Positions 1-9,700 of a stretch of DNA of 64,000 nucleotides are shown one piece after another (within the stretch, counting starts at the first letter, position 1; every line of letters starts with the position of its first letter). The translations under genes and the position numbers were made by a program. The notes beneath the pieces were generated by a model. It was not told the origin of the DNA and made no database searches. It saw only the letters and a program-made list of their open reading frames with translations. The DNA comes from a virus (lineage: Duplodnaviria > Heunggongvirae > Uroviricota > Caudoviricetes). Location: positions 1 to 64,000 of the IMG/VR virus record IMGVR_UViG_3300049215_000772; one strand, 5' to 3'.

Positions 1-765
1 CTAAATCAAGCTGATCTTCACTCGTAGCGCTGCTAACAGATGGCTGGCGCTCATCTTCTGGAAGGAACTTTTTTTCTTCCTCCTTGTTTTGACTATTTCT
101 TCCGCCATTTTTGCCGAGTCGATGACGCCGGGCATTGACTCGACATAGCCGACCAGTTCTTCTTGTGAGTAATCCATCAATTTGTCGTAGTCGAAAACTG
201 GCAATCCGAAGCGCTGGGCGTCCAGGAGCAGCTTGCGGGAGCATATCTCACAAGCGGCCACGGTTTTTTCGTTCAGTGTTTTGGCTGCCTGTATTGCATA
301 TTCGACACGACCTCTAGTGTCTTGGTCGAGAGCCTGCTTGTTCACTACCAATGAGTTGTAGATGGCATCATACCAGGCCATTACTTCCGGCCTGCCCGGT
401 GGGAAAACGAGTTCAGTTTTGCGTAGCAACACGAAGCATTGAAAGTGTTTTGAGAAGAATTCCACCTGGAAAGGACTGTAGTTTTCTTTGGTGAAGTTGT
501 ATTTTTCTTTCAGCCATGTTCTGCGGTAGGCTCGCTCACACGGCGCAGTTGGTTCGGCGATATGGTGGTAGTTACTGACCATTTCGCAACCGAATGCGTT
601 GCCGAGAGCGTCAGCGTGGTTCAGGTTGGTTATTGGATTAAAAAATTCACGAAAGTATCGGAGTGTCGGATTTTGTACCAACACCATGCTTGCCAGCCAG
701 TCCGTGCCCATGTTGGGCAGGCTCAACATTGCGATTTGCTCTGCCATTTTGCGACCCCCATTCAT
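1..765 (-). CDS. sulfotransferase-like protein (complete; stop at 1..3)
   Basis: 'LPNMGTDWLASMV' resembles the PAPS 5'-phosphosulfate-binding loop (PKSGTTW) of sulfotransferases; sits next to glf and a methyltransferase. Confidence 0.4.
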   Translation of the reverse strand: MNGGRKMAEQIAMLSLPNMGTDWLASMVLVQNPTLRYFREFFNPITNLNHADALGNAFGCEMVSNYHHIAEPTAPCERAYRRTWLKEKYNFTKENYSPFQVEFFSKHFQCFVLLRKTELVFPPGRPEVMAWYDAIYNSLVVNKQALDQDTRGRVEYAIQAAKTLNEKTVAACEICSRKLLLDAQRFGLPVFDYDKLMDYSQEELVGYVESMPGVIDSAKMAEEIVKTRRKKKSSFQKMSASHLLAALRVKISLI

Positions 766-972
766 ATATACAGCGTCCGATCAGTCTTCACCATGAGGGG
801 TAAGGGTTCCGACTGTCCGTATGGATGTTGGATCACTGAACTTGTGGAGGGATGTTTAGCCAATACGGGGCTGGGATGATTTAAGTCAGCGGCCAGGCGA
901 CACCCAAGGGTGACAAACACCAATCGGAGAAGGGAAGCCGTTGGCTCGTTGTCACGGTCTTCCCTTCCGTTT

Positions 973-2091
973 TTATGCCAACAGTTTTTCCACCTTGGTC
1001 ATGGCCGAGGCGATTGTCTGGTCGATGTCGAAGTATTGGTATTCTCCCAACCTCCCACCGAAAGTAACATCGGCCATTTTTTTCAACGCCGCATATTGCG
1101 AATACAAGATGGCGTTCTTGGGGTCACGAATGGGGTAATATGGCTCCGGGTGATCCTCGAACTTGATCGGTATGTCGTAGGAAACAACGGTAGTTGCATC
1201 TCCAAGATTCAGATCGTGGTGCTTCTTGTAGTTGCGGTCTAGGAAGTGCTTGTGTTCGATAGTGCGCAAATGAGGCACGGCTTCGTCGGCATGATTCATG
1301 ACCGCATTGCCCTGGAAATCGCCTTTGTAGAGTTTATGCTCGAAACGTAGGGTGTTGTAATCCAGCTTGCCGTACTGATAGTCGAAAAATTTGTCCACCG
1401 GCCCCGTGTAGACCAGGTGTCGTGCTATTTTCCGCCAGTTGTCCCGAATCCCGAAGAAATCCCGTTCGACTTCTACTTTCGCCCCATCCAGCATGTTCTC
1501 AACAATCTTGGTGTATCCCTCAACTGGCATTGCCTGGTAACAAGCGGTGAAGTAGTTTTCATCAAAGGTCAGTCTGATGGGCAGGCGTTGAACGATGGAA
1601 GCGGGTAGTTCCCGTGGTTCTTTGTGGTACTGTTTCTTGGTGTAGCCATAAATGAAGGTGTAATAGAGTTCGTGGCCGATCTTGGATAGTGCCCATTCCT
1701 CGAAGTTGCGGGGGTTGGAACAAGGCACCTGGACGCTACGCAGCTTCTCGGCAGCTTCTTGAGGGGTTGTGACGCCCCATATTTGGTGCAAGGTCATGAG
1801 GTTGATCGGGAAGGAGAATATCCGCCTGCCAGCGATGACCTTGGGCTTGTTGATGAACGGCTGCCATTCACCGAAGCAGTTCACGAATTTCCATATTCCA
1901 TCGTCGTGGGTGTGGAAAATGTGAGCGCCGTAGCTGCTCACGTTGATTCCCTCCATCTTCTGGTCGTGTGCCGCCCCAGCGACATGGGGCAGCTTGTCGA
2001 TTACTAGGCACGTTTTGCCTCGATTCATCGCCAGCCGTGCGAAAGTGGCTCCGAAAAAGCCTGCGCCAACAATAAGGAAGTCGTACATCAT
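973..2091 (-). CDS. glf: UDP-galactopyranose mutase
   Basis: N-terminal FAD Rossmann 'MYDFLIVGAGFFGA', 'GAHIFHT', 'IEHKHF', 'YYPI' and C-terminal 'FGGRLGEYQYFD'; near end-to-end colinearity with bacterial Glf. Confidence 0.9.
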   Translation of the reverse strand: MMYDFLIVGAGFFGATFARLAMNRGKTCLVIDKLPHVAGAAHDQKMEGINVSSYGAHIFHTHDDGIWKFVNCFGEWQPFINKPKVIAGRRIFSFPINLMTLHQIWGVTTPQEAAEKLRSVQVPCSNPRNFEEWALSKIGHELYYTFIYGYTKKQYHKEPRELPASIVQRLPIRLTFDENYFTACYQAMPVEGYTKIVENMLDGAKVEVERDFFGIRDNWRKIARHLVYTGPVDKFFDYQYGKLDYNTLRFEHKLYKGDFQGNAVMNHADEAVPHLRTIEHKHFLDRNYKKHHDLNLGDATTVVSYDIPIKFEDHPEPYYPIRDPKNAILYSQYAALKKMADVTFGGRLGEYQYFDIDQTIASAMTKVEKLLA

Positions 2092-2105
2092 TCTCTGATA
2101 GAGTT

Positions 2106-2726
2106 ATGGACCTGGAATCACTGAAGATAAATCTTCAACCAATGCTAGATGCCCGCCTGGTGAGTGGTAGAATGCTACTTGATAGGATGCGTGTTATTGA
2201 CGAATCGTCACGACGCACCGCCGCTTACGCCGATCCTATGTACACGCCTTTCTACTACCACCTTGGTAAGTTTTTGACCCCCACAACCATGTTGGAAGTT
2301 GGCTTCAGCCTGGCCCTACTCGGCTCCTGTTTCTTGAAATCTTGCAAAACGGTCAAGAAATACCTTGGGTTTCAGGAACAAACCCCACAATACTTCTCTC
2401 CCCGCCTGGGTATCGCCAACGTGAAGAACAACTTCAAGGGCGAACTAGATGTGTATGTAGGGGACGTGCATGATGAAGAGTTTACGCAAAAAATATCACC
2501 AAATTCGTGGGATTTAGTCATACTTAATGAGGAGGCTGGGTTCGACAAGCACTTGTTGCATCTGGACCTTCTTTGGCCTTATGTCTCCGAGAACGGGATT
2601 GTTGTAGCGGAGTACATAGGACGGCACACACCTGCCAAGGAAGCGTTTGAGGCTTTTTGTGAAAGCCAGAACAAGGTTCCAGTAGTTTTCGACACAAGGT
2701 ACGGGACCGGCCTGGTACAAAAATAA
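2106..2726 (+). CDS. class I SAM-dependent methyltransferase-like (possible sugar O-methyltransferase)
   Basis: About 200 aa Rossmann-like pattern (acidic 'DLVILNEEAG', 'GIVVAEY'); adjacent to glf and a sulfotransferase. Confidence 0.4.
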   Translation: MDLESLKINLQPMLDARLVSGRMLLDRMRVIDESSRRTAAYADPMYTPFYYHLGKFLTPTTMLEVGFSLALLGSCFLKSCKTVKKYLGFQEQTPQYFSPRLGIANVKNNFKGELDVYVGDVHDEEFTQKISPNSWDLVILNEEAGFDKHLLHLDLLWPYVSENGIVVAEYIGRHTPAKEAFEAFCESQNKVPVVFDTRYGTGLVQK

Positions 2727-2736
2727 AGGATGAGAA

Positions 2737-3813
2737 ATGAAAAAAGAAGACATTACCGAGTACGTTTTGCGAGACGCAGAAAGTCTTCGGGCGTTTAGTT
2801 TCAGTGAAACCTACATCAAGGAGTCCATCACCAACACCCGCAAGTGGGCGGCGACTGGACTGCTTCATGGGTTGGAAGACACTTTCATAGGCCGGCAAGT
2901 TGCCCGGTTGCTGGAAAATCAGCGCATGTTGAACGAAGAAGGTAAGGAAAGTTATCCGGTCCCGACGAATATGCAGTCTGACTGGAACCCGGCGCAGTGG
3001 CGACGGTGTAGCATACCAGCGATCCGCAGGGTGTTTGGTGATGGTTTTCTGCCCTACAAGTTGGTATCCGTACAGGCGATCAGCAGGCCGGAAGATCGGT
3101 TCCACTACACGAGCCTGGACGAACGGCAGAACAGTTTGTTGGTAACGGCCAAAACTCGTCATGTTGGGCGGGACTGGTGGGTTCCAAAAACTATTGACGA
3201 AGGCGGTAATTTTAACCTTGACCTGGAAGCGCAAGCGTTGGCGGAATTTTCCCAGCGGTATGCAACGGACGTGGCGAAGGAAGTTATCCGTGACTTGACG
3301 AACAATGCCGGCAGCAAGGCGAACGCCAAGTACACCGATCAGGATCATCTTGCCTCGTTGATTGAGGGGATGAGCGCTTACATTGCAGCCAAGATCAAAG
3401 GGCGAGATGCGACGTGGATCGTAGCCAGTCCGACCGTGGCGAATTTGCTGAAGCCGTTTGTGAATGAGTGGAAAGAACAGGAACAGTCACTCGATCCAGT
3501 TTTCCGTGGCGTGGTGAAGGATAAATGGGCCTTGTACGAGAATCCGTTGCAGCCTGAAGGAAAGGTGTTGATGGGATTCAAGGACAAGCGGAACCATTAC
3601 TTCAGTGGTTATTTCTACTGTCCATTTTACCCTTTCACGATGTCGCCGCCCGCTTGGAACGAAGAAATGCACCAGCACGGCATACTTTACTCACGCTATG
3701 GGAAGAAGTTGATTGATGCCAACTTCTACGGGGTGATTGATATATCTGATTTGCCGACTCCGAAGACCGAAGAAGCCCCGGTGGAGGAAAGCAAAGCCGA
3801 AAGTGAGGCATGA
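2737..3813 (+). CDS. putative major capsid protein (HK97-fold, T4 gp23/gp24-like)
   Basis: C-terminal blocks 'WIVASPTVANLL', 'GVVKDKWALYENP', 'MGFKDKRNHYFSGYFYCPFYPFT' are colinear with T4 gp23 'IIASRNVVNVL...GVLGGKYRVYIDQ...MGFKTRYGI'; RBS 'aaaggatgag' before the ATG. Confidence 0.5.
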   Translation: MKKEDITEYVLRDAESLRAFSFSETYIKESITNTRKWAATGLLHGLEDTFIGRQVARLLENQRMLNEEGKESYPVPTNMQSDWNPAQWRRCSIPAIRRVFGDGFLPYKLVSVQAISRPEDRFHYTSLDERQNSLLVTAKTRHVGRDWWVPKTIDEGGNFNLDLEAQALAEFSQRYATDVAKEVIRDLTNNAGSKANAKYTDQDHLASLIEGMSAYIAAKIKGRDATWIVASPTVANLLKPFVNEWKEQEQSLDPVFRGVVKDKWALYENPLQPEGKVLMGFKDKRNHYFSGYFYCPFYPFTMSPPAWNEEMHQHGILYSRYGKKLIDANFYGVIDISDLPTPKTEEAPVEESKAESEA

Positions 3814-4550
3814 TGGGATTTGAAGTTTTGTATTCGTACCACGAGAAAACAGACGCCGGATACAACAAAGAAGAAACGAAAAAGCTGAAGAAGCGAATCG
3901 GCGACCCTTTCGAGGAGGTTCCTTTGGAGAAGCTGGCTGCGGCGATCATGACGCAGTACGCCCGCAGGGACATATGGGTAGTCGATGTTGAAATCTTTGA
4001 GTTATCCAAGAAGGAAGTCAGTTTCCGTGAAGCCAAAAATGGCATAATCATCAAGAACAAGAAGTTTCTGTGGGGTGAGAACTCCAATATCGTTGTCGAG
4101 GACATGGAACAGGCTCCAGCGCCACAAGCGATGGTCCCAATACCGCAACAACCATTTCAACAACAAATGGCTGTTGCCGGCCAATCTCGTCCAGCGATAC
4201 AGCCCCATAACCAGGGTCAGTTGCGTCCGGTGAAGTACATGGTTTTCATGCCGGAATTGCAAATGATGCCGGAAGTCAAGCAGAAAGGGCTTCGCTTCAC
4301 GCCCGATAAGAAGTACCCTATCTTTCACATTCAACCTTCGCCCAACGGCATTGGGGAAATCTACAAGATGGTGGATGACACAGGGCGGGAGCAGCTTGTA
4401 TCGGACAAGTATTTTGTACCGTCAGACCCGGTGCTGTTTGCCGACCGGGAACTTGGTTTTTCCCAAAATCAAGCCGACCGGGATGGCGGGAAGTTGTATT
4501 GGGGTAGTGCCGAGAACGAACCGAATATGCCCGACATCAGGAGACGATGA
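3810..4550 (+). CDS. hypothetical protein (Gln/Pro-rich middle)
   Basis: ORF translationally coupled to the capsid gene (ATGA overlap); no recognisable motif. Confidence 0.45.
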   Translation: MMGFEVLYSYHEKTDAGYNKEETKKLKKRIGDPFEEVPLEKLAAAIMTQYARRDIWVVDVEIFELSKKEVSFREAKNGIIIKNKKFLWGENSNIVVEDMEQAPAPQAMVPIPQQPFQQQMAVAGQSRPAIQPHNQGQLRPVKYMVFMPELQMMPEVKQKGLRFTPDKKYPIFHIQPSPNGIGEIYKMVDDTGREQLVSDKYFVPSDPVLFADRELGFSQNQADRDGGKLYWGSAENEPNMPDIRRR

Positions 4551-4873
4551 TACCCGACGTAATTTATATCGAGCCAGGGTCAATACCCTCAATCATTGAT
4601 GAGTATTGGCCCGAACCGATGTACCCGCATAGTATTGAGGTAAAGGTAGAGTTCGACATCACCAAGTTACACGGCGATAGTGGCTGTGTGATGATAGTTC
4701 CCGAAAGGACGAAACATGCCAAATACGCAGAAAAAGTTCCTCAAGAAGAAGGAGCGAGAGAAGAAGGTGAAGGTCAAGCTGGCGAAACGCCGAGAGGCGA
4801 TCCGCAAGGAGGCCAAGGAAAGAGCGCACGAGGAACAGTTAGAGCGAGAGGCTTTCGAGCTAAGAAACGGTAA
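4547..4873 (+). CDS. hypothetical small protein; 3' portion runs in an alternate frame over the next gene
   Basis: ATG with GGAGA RBS; the first ~56 codons look protein-like, then low-complexity read-through with no stop until 4873, overlapping the 4716 ORF by 158 nt. Confidence 0.3.
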   Translation: MIPDVIYIEPGSIPSIIDEYWPEPMYPHSIEVKVEFDITKLHGDSGCVMIVPERTKHAKYAEKVPQEEGAREEGEGQAGETPRGDPQGGQGKSARGTVRARGFRAKKR

Positions 4874-5309
4874 GCCTGAGCCTATTTTGAATGATCCCGC
4901 CGCCATTGCCGCCCGTGAGGAACGGAAGAAGGCACAGGTCCAGGAGCGTCTGGAACGCAACCTGAAGATATTGGAGGCGCTGGAGAAGGAATACGACGAT
5001 ACCCATGCCGCTCACGAGAATATCCAGAAGAACCTGGAGGCCGAAGGGCACAAGTCCATCAAGGATAAACTCGCTGCTCTCCATGCCAAGGCCAAGGAAA
5101 TGCAAAGCATGAACGCCGCCCTGGAGGAATACAGCAAGCCGGCTCAGTCCGATATTGCCGATTCCATCGCCAAGGAGGAAGCGGCCCAGGCTAATCACCA
5201 GACCGGCTGCAACCTGAGCGTTGCCCCCGTTGCTACAGGATATACACCGGCCAGGATATTGGACGCCAAGGAAGCTGAAGAACAGGTGAGGGAGGAATTG
5301 AGTGGCTGA
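4716..5309 (+). CDS. coiled-coil Lys/Glu-rich protein
   Basis: RBS 'aaagga' upstream; heptad-like K/E-rich sequence throughout. Confidence 0.5.
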   Translation: MPNTQKKFLKKKEREKKVKVKLAKRREAIRKEAKERAHEEQLEREAFELRNGKPEPILNDPAAIAAREERKKAQVQERLERNLKILEALEKEYDDTHAAHENIQKNLEAEGHKSIKDKLAALHAKAKEMQSMNAALEEYSKPAQSDIADSIAKEEAAQANHQTGCNLSVAPVATGYTPARILDAKEAEEQVREELSG

Positions 5310-5703
5310 CAGGCGAGAATATGATAAGGCTCGGTACGAGTCCAACAAGTTAAAGAGAAGAGCCGCTAACAAGGCTTACTACGAAGCCAACAAGGAAAAA
5401 ACGAAGGAACGGAACAAGGCTAACTACGAAGCTAACAAGCAGCATTATCTCGAATTGGGAGCCATACGAAAAAGGAGGCGGTCGTATGGCATGGAAGCGG
5501 CACAATATACTTCACTGCTAGAAAAACAACGGGGCGTCTGCGCCATCTGCCAGAAGACTTGCGATGGTGGTGCATTGTGTGTGGATCACGATCATACAAC
5601 CGGAAGGGTCCGTGGTCTGCTTTGTAAGCGATGCAATTCAGCCCTGGGATTCTTCAATGACAATGAAGAATTGTTGCAGCGGGCCATCATGTACCTGTCT
5701 TAG
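5302..5703 (+). CDS. recombination endonuclease VII (T4 gp49-like Holliday junction resolvase)
   Basis: 'CAICQKTCDGGALCVDHDHTTGRVRGLLCKRCNSALG' is the Endo VII zinc/His-Me finger signature; N-terminal YEANK repeats as in phage Endo VII. Confidence 0.85.
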   Translation: MADRREYDKARYESNKLKRRAANKAYYEANKEKTKERNKANYEANKQHYLELGAIRKRRRSYGMEAAQYTSLLEKQRGVCAICQKTCDGGALCVDHDHTTGRVRGLLCKRCNSALGFFNDNEELLQRAIMYLS

Positions 5704-5862
5704 CATCTTGTTGGTCATTACAACCAGAAAATATGTATCGTGGGAAAAATCTGAAGATATTGGCTAAAGTCGTATTGGGCTTCTGCCGATATTGAGGTAG
5801 ACTGCTCGAAGTGGCAGTCATTCACTGCAACCTAACAACAACTTGACTGGAGACTACAACCA

Positions 5863-6876
5863 ATGGCACTTGAATATGAACCCCTTGATATGGCTGAGGT
5901 CGCAACCGAAGCCGAGCGTGTCAATGCGGAACCGGGTGCCGGCAATACGGACTGGATGGAAAAGTTCGTGAAGCTGCCGGATCGTGATGGTTTCGTGCTG
6001 ATGCGCATCTTGCCCCGCAAGAAGGGCCAGAAGCTCTATTGTGCGACTCGCACGCATCGTCTCACCAACCCCTCCGAGACGAACCCCAACAAGCGCAGCA
6101 AGTCCCTTCACTGCCCGAAGGAACTGGTGATGACTGACCGTGGCCCTCGCTGGCAGGGTGAGTGCATCATCTGCAAATACTACAGTGATCTTTGGCAGAA
6201 GTCCGAAAAGTTGTCCGGCAAGGCTCAGGAAGACCTTCAGCAGAAGGCTCGTGAGATCAAGCCTGTCGAGCGGTACTACTACAACGTGATCGTTCGTCAG
6301 GAGAAGCAGAAGGACGGCACGTTCCTCAAGAACGTCGGCCCGAAGATTTTCTCCTGTGGCAAAACCGTTCACGCCAAGATCATGCGGGCCATCGTGGGCG
6401 ACCAGACTGCTGGCGAGAAGCCGCTGGGCGACATCACTCACCCGCAAAACGGGCGTGACTTCCGCCTGGTCAAGAAGGTGGTCAAGGGTGGTGGCGGTGC
6501 CGAATACCCGAACTACGATAACTCGAAGTTCGAGGATGTGTCTCCTCTCGGCGAGATGGACGACATGGAGCAGTGGATCAGCAACCTCCATGACCTTCAG
6601 GCTCTCCGGGTGCTGAAGGAAGAAGATGTCCTCAAGCACGAGTTGAAGGTCCACCTGGGCCTCATCAAAGAAGAAGGCACCAAGGACGACCTGGCCGAGT
6701 TCCGTGGCGACGGCAGTGGTTCCACCAACCTCAGCGCTTCGACGGCGGAAGCCGAAGAAACGGTCAGGGAGGAACTGACCACGAAGCCGGAAGCTGCCAA
6801 GGCCGAGGCGAAGAAGTCTGAAGAAGATGTGCTGGCCGACGACGATTTCATGAAAGAACTCGGCGACATGCAGTAA
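5863..6876 (+). CDS. T4 gp32-like single-stranded DNA-binding protein
   Basis: Zinc motif 'LHCPKE...GECIICKY'; core blocks 'YYYNVIVRQ' and 'GRDFRLVKKVVKGGGGAEYPNYDNSKF' align with gp32 'YWANILVV...[22 protein letters not shown]'; acidic C-terminal tail 'DDDFMKELGDMQ'. Confidence 0.85.
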   Translation: MALEYEPLDMAEVATEAERVNAEPGAGNTDWMEKFVKLPDRDGFVLMRILPRKKGQKLYCATRTHRLTNPSETNPNKRSKSLHCPKELVMTDRGPRWQGECIICKYYSDLWQKSEKLSGKAQEDLQQKAREIKPVERYYYNVIVRQEKQKDGTFLKNVGPKIFSCGKTVHAKIMRAIVGDQTAGEKPLGDITHPQNGRDFRLVKKVVKGGGGAEYPNYDNSKFEDVSPLGEMDDMEQWISNLHDLQALRVLKEEDVLKHELKVHLGLIKEEGTKDDLAEFRGDGSGSTNLSASTAEAEETVREELTTKPEAAKAEAKKSEEDVLADDDFMKELGDMQ

Positions 6877-6907
6877 TCGGCCACAGTGAAAGCACCAGCA
6901 ACGACTA

Positions 6908-6948
6908 GGTGGCCGTGTAGGAACTTCCTATGCGGCCACCTATTTTTA
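6908..6948 (+). terminator. rho-independent terminator after the SSB gene
   Basis: 8-bp GC stem 'ggtggccg...cggccacc' followed by 'tatttttat'; a third copy of 'cggccac' lies just upstream. Confidence 0.5.
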
Positions 6949-7033
6949 TGGGGTGACGAGCAAAAGAGTTCCTGGAAACAGGCAGCCGCTTTCTCGTCAC
7001 CCCACCAATACACTCAACATAAGGAAATTACCA

Positions 7034-8320
7034 ATGGCAGGGAAAACAACAAAGAAGAAAACTACAAGCGCACGATCAATTGACGCAACGGGTGACGGGC
7101 CGACCAAAGACTTCTTCGCTAAAACAGCGAAGAAAACTGGTGGGGAAGTGCTGGCGAATATCGACAGTGTGAGCTATTTCGTCGATACCGGCAACCTGGC
7201 TGTGAACTATATTTGCAGTGGTTATTTCATCACGGGCGGTGTTCCTGGTGGAAAGCTGACGGAAATTTTCGGCCCCTCCTCATCCAGCAAGTCCTTGTTT
7301 GGCAACAACATCTTGTTTGGTTGTCAGAAGATCAACGGCGTGGCGGTCCTCATCGACGCCGAAAACTCGGCCAACAAGGAATTCATCAAGAAAGCCTCGC
7401 ACGCTGATCTGGATCAAATCTTGCGCTACACCCCTCCAACGCTGGAGCAAGTGTTCGCCAAAATCTACGAAGTCATCGAGTTCATTCGTGGCGAACTCGG
7501 ACCCAATGTCCCCATCGTCATTGTTTACGACTCGATCACGGTCAGCCCGTGTGAGCGGGAACTGCGTGAAGTCAAGCTGCCGGCTAATTACACTCAGGCT
7601 CAGTTCAAGGCCATCGTCGGTGCGAAGCAACAGCCTGGCGAACGTGCCCGCATTTGCTCGACCGAGTTCCGCAAGCTGAACACGATGATGGAAAAATACA
7701 ATGTGACTGTCATCGTCCTCAACCAGACCCGCAGCAAGATCGGCGTCCTCTACGGCAACCCGGAAACCACGGGTGGTGGCGGCAATGCTTTGGAGTTCTA
7801 CGCTTCTTGCCGGCTCAGGCCGCAGACGCAGAAGAAGATCGAACAGAAGTTGAGCGCCAAGAAGAAGAAGATTCTCGGCATCAACGTCAAGATGGTGAAC
7901 AAGAAGAACAAGACCCACCGCCCATTTGTCGAGTCGGACGGCATTCAATTGACGTTCGACAAGGGCATCAACCCGCTCGGCGGACTGCTTTCCTGTTTGC
8001 TGGATGCGGGCCGGATTGAGAACAAGGGTTCGGGTAACTTCTCGGTGAAGGAGCCGTGGGCGGCGGGTCAACAAGTTGCTTTCAAGGGCAGCCTCGACAC
8101 TAACAACACCGTCCCAGTGGACGTGTTGCTCCAGTGCCCGCTCCTGATCGACGCTCAAACCAGTGATGAGGTCAAGGCTTACCTTGATCCTTTCAAATCG
8201 GCTATGGAGTTCGAGATCGCTGGTGACGTGGAAGAAACCGATGTCACGGACGGCGACAGCGAGGAAGAAGGGATCGACGAGCAGATCGACGCCGAGTTGG
8301 AGTTGGGAGAATCCGAGTAA
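7034..8320 (+). CDS. uvsX: UvsX/RecA-family recombinase
   Basis: Walker A 'GPSSSSKS' in RecA-like context ('GGVPGGKLTEIFGPSSSSKSLF'), 'VIVYDSIT', 'VTVIVLNQTRSKIG'; acidic tail; the ORF begins at 6953 but the likely ATG with an 'aagga' RBS is at 7034. Confidence 0.8.
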   Translation: MAGKTTKKKTTSARSIDATGDGPTKDFFAKTAKKTGGEVLANIDSVSYFVDTGNLAVNYICSGYFITGGVPGGKLTEIFGPSSSSKSLFGNNILFGCQKINGVAVLIDAENSANKEFIKKASHADLDQILRYTPPTLEQVFAKIYEVIEFIRGELGPNVPIVIVYDSITVSPCERELREVKLPANYTQAQFKAIVGAKQQPGERARICSTEFRKLNTMMEKYNVTVIVLNQTRSKIGVLYGNPETTGGGGNALEFYASCRLRPQTQKKIEQKLSAKKKKILGINVKMVNKKNKTHRPFVESDGIQLTFDKGINPLGGLLSCLLDAGRIENKGSGNFSVKEPWAAGQQVAFKGSLDTNNTVPVDVLLQCPLLIDAQTSDEVKAYLDPFKSAMEFEIAGDVEETDVTDGDSEEEGIDEQIDAELELGESE

Positions 8321-9130
8321 TTAGGATCGAGCCAACTGATGGAATATAGGTTCAAGTTTTTTGTTCTTTTCTTCTTGGCGAAGTAGCTCCATCGCCAGGT
8401 CGGAATGCTCAGTGGCGAATCGGTCCCACGAAAAGTCGGGCCGAATCGCCATTGTTTTTCCTTCTACCATGAAGAAAGCGTTCAGCGGCGACGTAGGAGC
8501 CAGTAGTCCCACGTTGGCGTAGTCGAAGTCATCCATCAAGATCATTTTCTGATCCGAAAACCCGCCATAGATGTAGTAATAGCTTGTCTGTGCTACCACT
8601 TCCGTAAACATTGCTTTCGCTGCCAAACATTGTCCGGCTTTGACCTGGGCTGGGTTGCAAAGCGTTTTCAAGTGACGGTTGTAGGCTCCATATTCACCAC
8701 GGGCAGAGAAAGGGTGTTGGCCGGCGTAGTGGGCAATGATGTCATGGACGCCACGCTGCGTTACGTTGTCGTCGTTGCTGAAGTAGGGATGCCCGCCGCC
8801 CTTCTGTCCATCTAGTTGCGGTGGTTCGGCATACACAGGAATAACGGGTTTCTTCACGCCAGCGGCTTGCTGCGCATGAATGTCCCGTGTCATCGCCTTC
8901 ATGCTGGGGTAGGGGTCCGCCTGGCCTGGGTTGAATTGCCACTTGGAGGCCAGGAATTGGTCTTGTCGCCCGATTTTTTGTTTGAGGTCTGCGTAGGCAG
9001 CCTCAGCCCGTGGATCGGATGTAGGAGCAAGGTTGTAGATTGCTGCTACAAGCCTTTGAAAGATGGACCCCTTGTAGTTGCCCTTCAGCGCCAATGCTTC
9101 ATCAAATCTCAGCCATTTTGCAAAGTTCAT
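8321..9130 (-). CDS. hypothetical protein
   Basis: Long ORF convergent with uvsX; no motif recognised. Confidence 0.45.
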   Translation of the reverse strand: MNFAKWLRFDEALALKGNYKGSIFQRLVAAIYNLAPTSDPRAEAAYADLKQKIGRQDQFLASKWQFNPGQADPYPSMKAMTRDIHAQQAAGVKKPVIPVYAEPPQLDGQKGGGHPYFSNDDNVTQRGVHDIIAHYAGQHPFSARGEYGAYNRHLKTLCNPAQVKAGQCLAAKAMFTEVVAQTSYYYIYGGFSDQKMILMDDFDYANVGLLAPTSPLNAFFMVEGKTMAIRPDFSWDRFATEHSDLAMELLRQEEKNKKLEPIFHQLARS

Positions 9131-9138
9131 AGTTTTAT

Positions 9139-9615
9139 TTATGACTCAATGCAGTATTTACCCGCCCCCAGCTTCTTGAATTTGATTCCTTTTTTCTTCA
9201 GCGTATCCATCGCTTTGTGGATGTGATTGCAGAAGCAGGCCGTCGTCAACTTGTAGCGGCGGAATTTTTCCTTCATGGCGGCAAGACTGACTGTCTCCCC
9301 AGCCAGGAAACTTTCCACGATGGCATTTTGTATCTTGTCGGCGTTTTTCAGGATCGCCGTTCGGGTGTTGCTCCTGGGCAACATTTTGGTTTCGATTAGT
9401 TGGTAGCTCGAACGAGGTCGCCGATAGCCCGCATCACATAGGGCCGGCGCAAGTTCAGCCAGGTCAAGGATTTGCCCTTCCTCCAATTTGACAACCGAAA
9501 TCTCGGCATTGAAGGTTTTGGCGAAGTCGATCAGCATTGGGAAGTTTTTTTCATGGGTGAAGAACTTCCGCCGATCCGTGGTTTCGATCATTAAGCAGTT
9601 CATAAGCCCCTCCAC
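9139..9615 (-). CDS. hypothetical protein
   Basis: ORF on the same strand upstream of 8321..9130; no motif recognised. Confidence 0.45.
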   Translation of the reverse strand: MEGLMNCLMIETTDRRKFFTHEKNFPMLIDFAKTFNAEISVVKLEEGQILDLAELAPALCDAGYRRPRSSYQLIETKMLPRSNTRTAILKNADKIQNAIVESFLAGETVSLAAMKEKFRRYKLTTACFCNHIHKAMDTLKKKGIKFKKLGAGKYCIES

Positions 9616-9700
9616 AGTGTTGAATTATACCTCGTCCCAATGAAATTGGTGCCCCAATTCCTTTGATATTGGTAGCATACAATATCCTGGGGTATATCAT

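Noticed and set aside
2524-3348. 274-aa ORF on the minus strand
   Set aside because: Entirely antisense to the capsid-like gene 2737..3813; no RBS; composition consistent with the reverse complement of a real gene.
7280-8158. 292-aa minus-strand ORF
   Set aside because: Antisense to uvsX, which has unambiguous RecA-family motifs.
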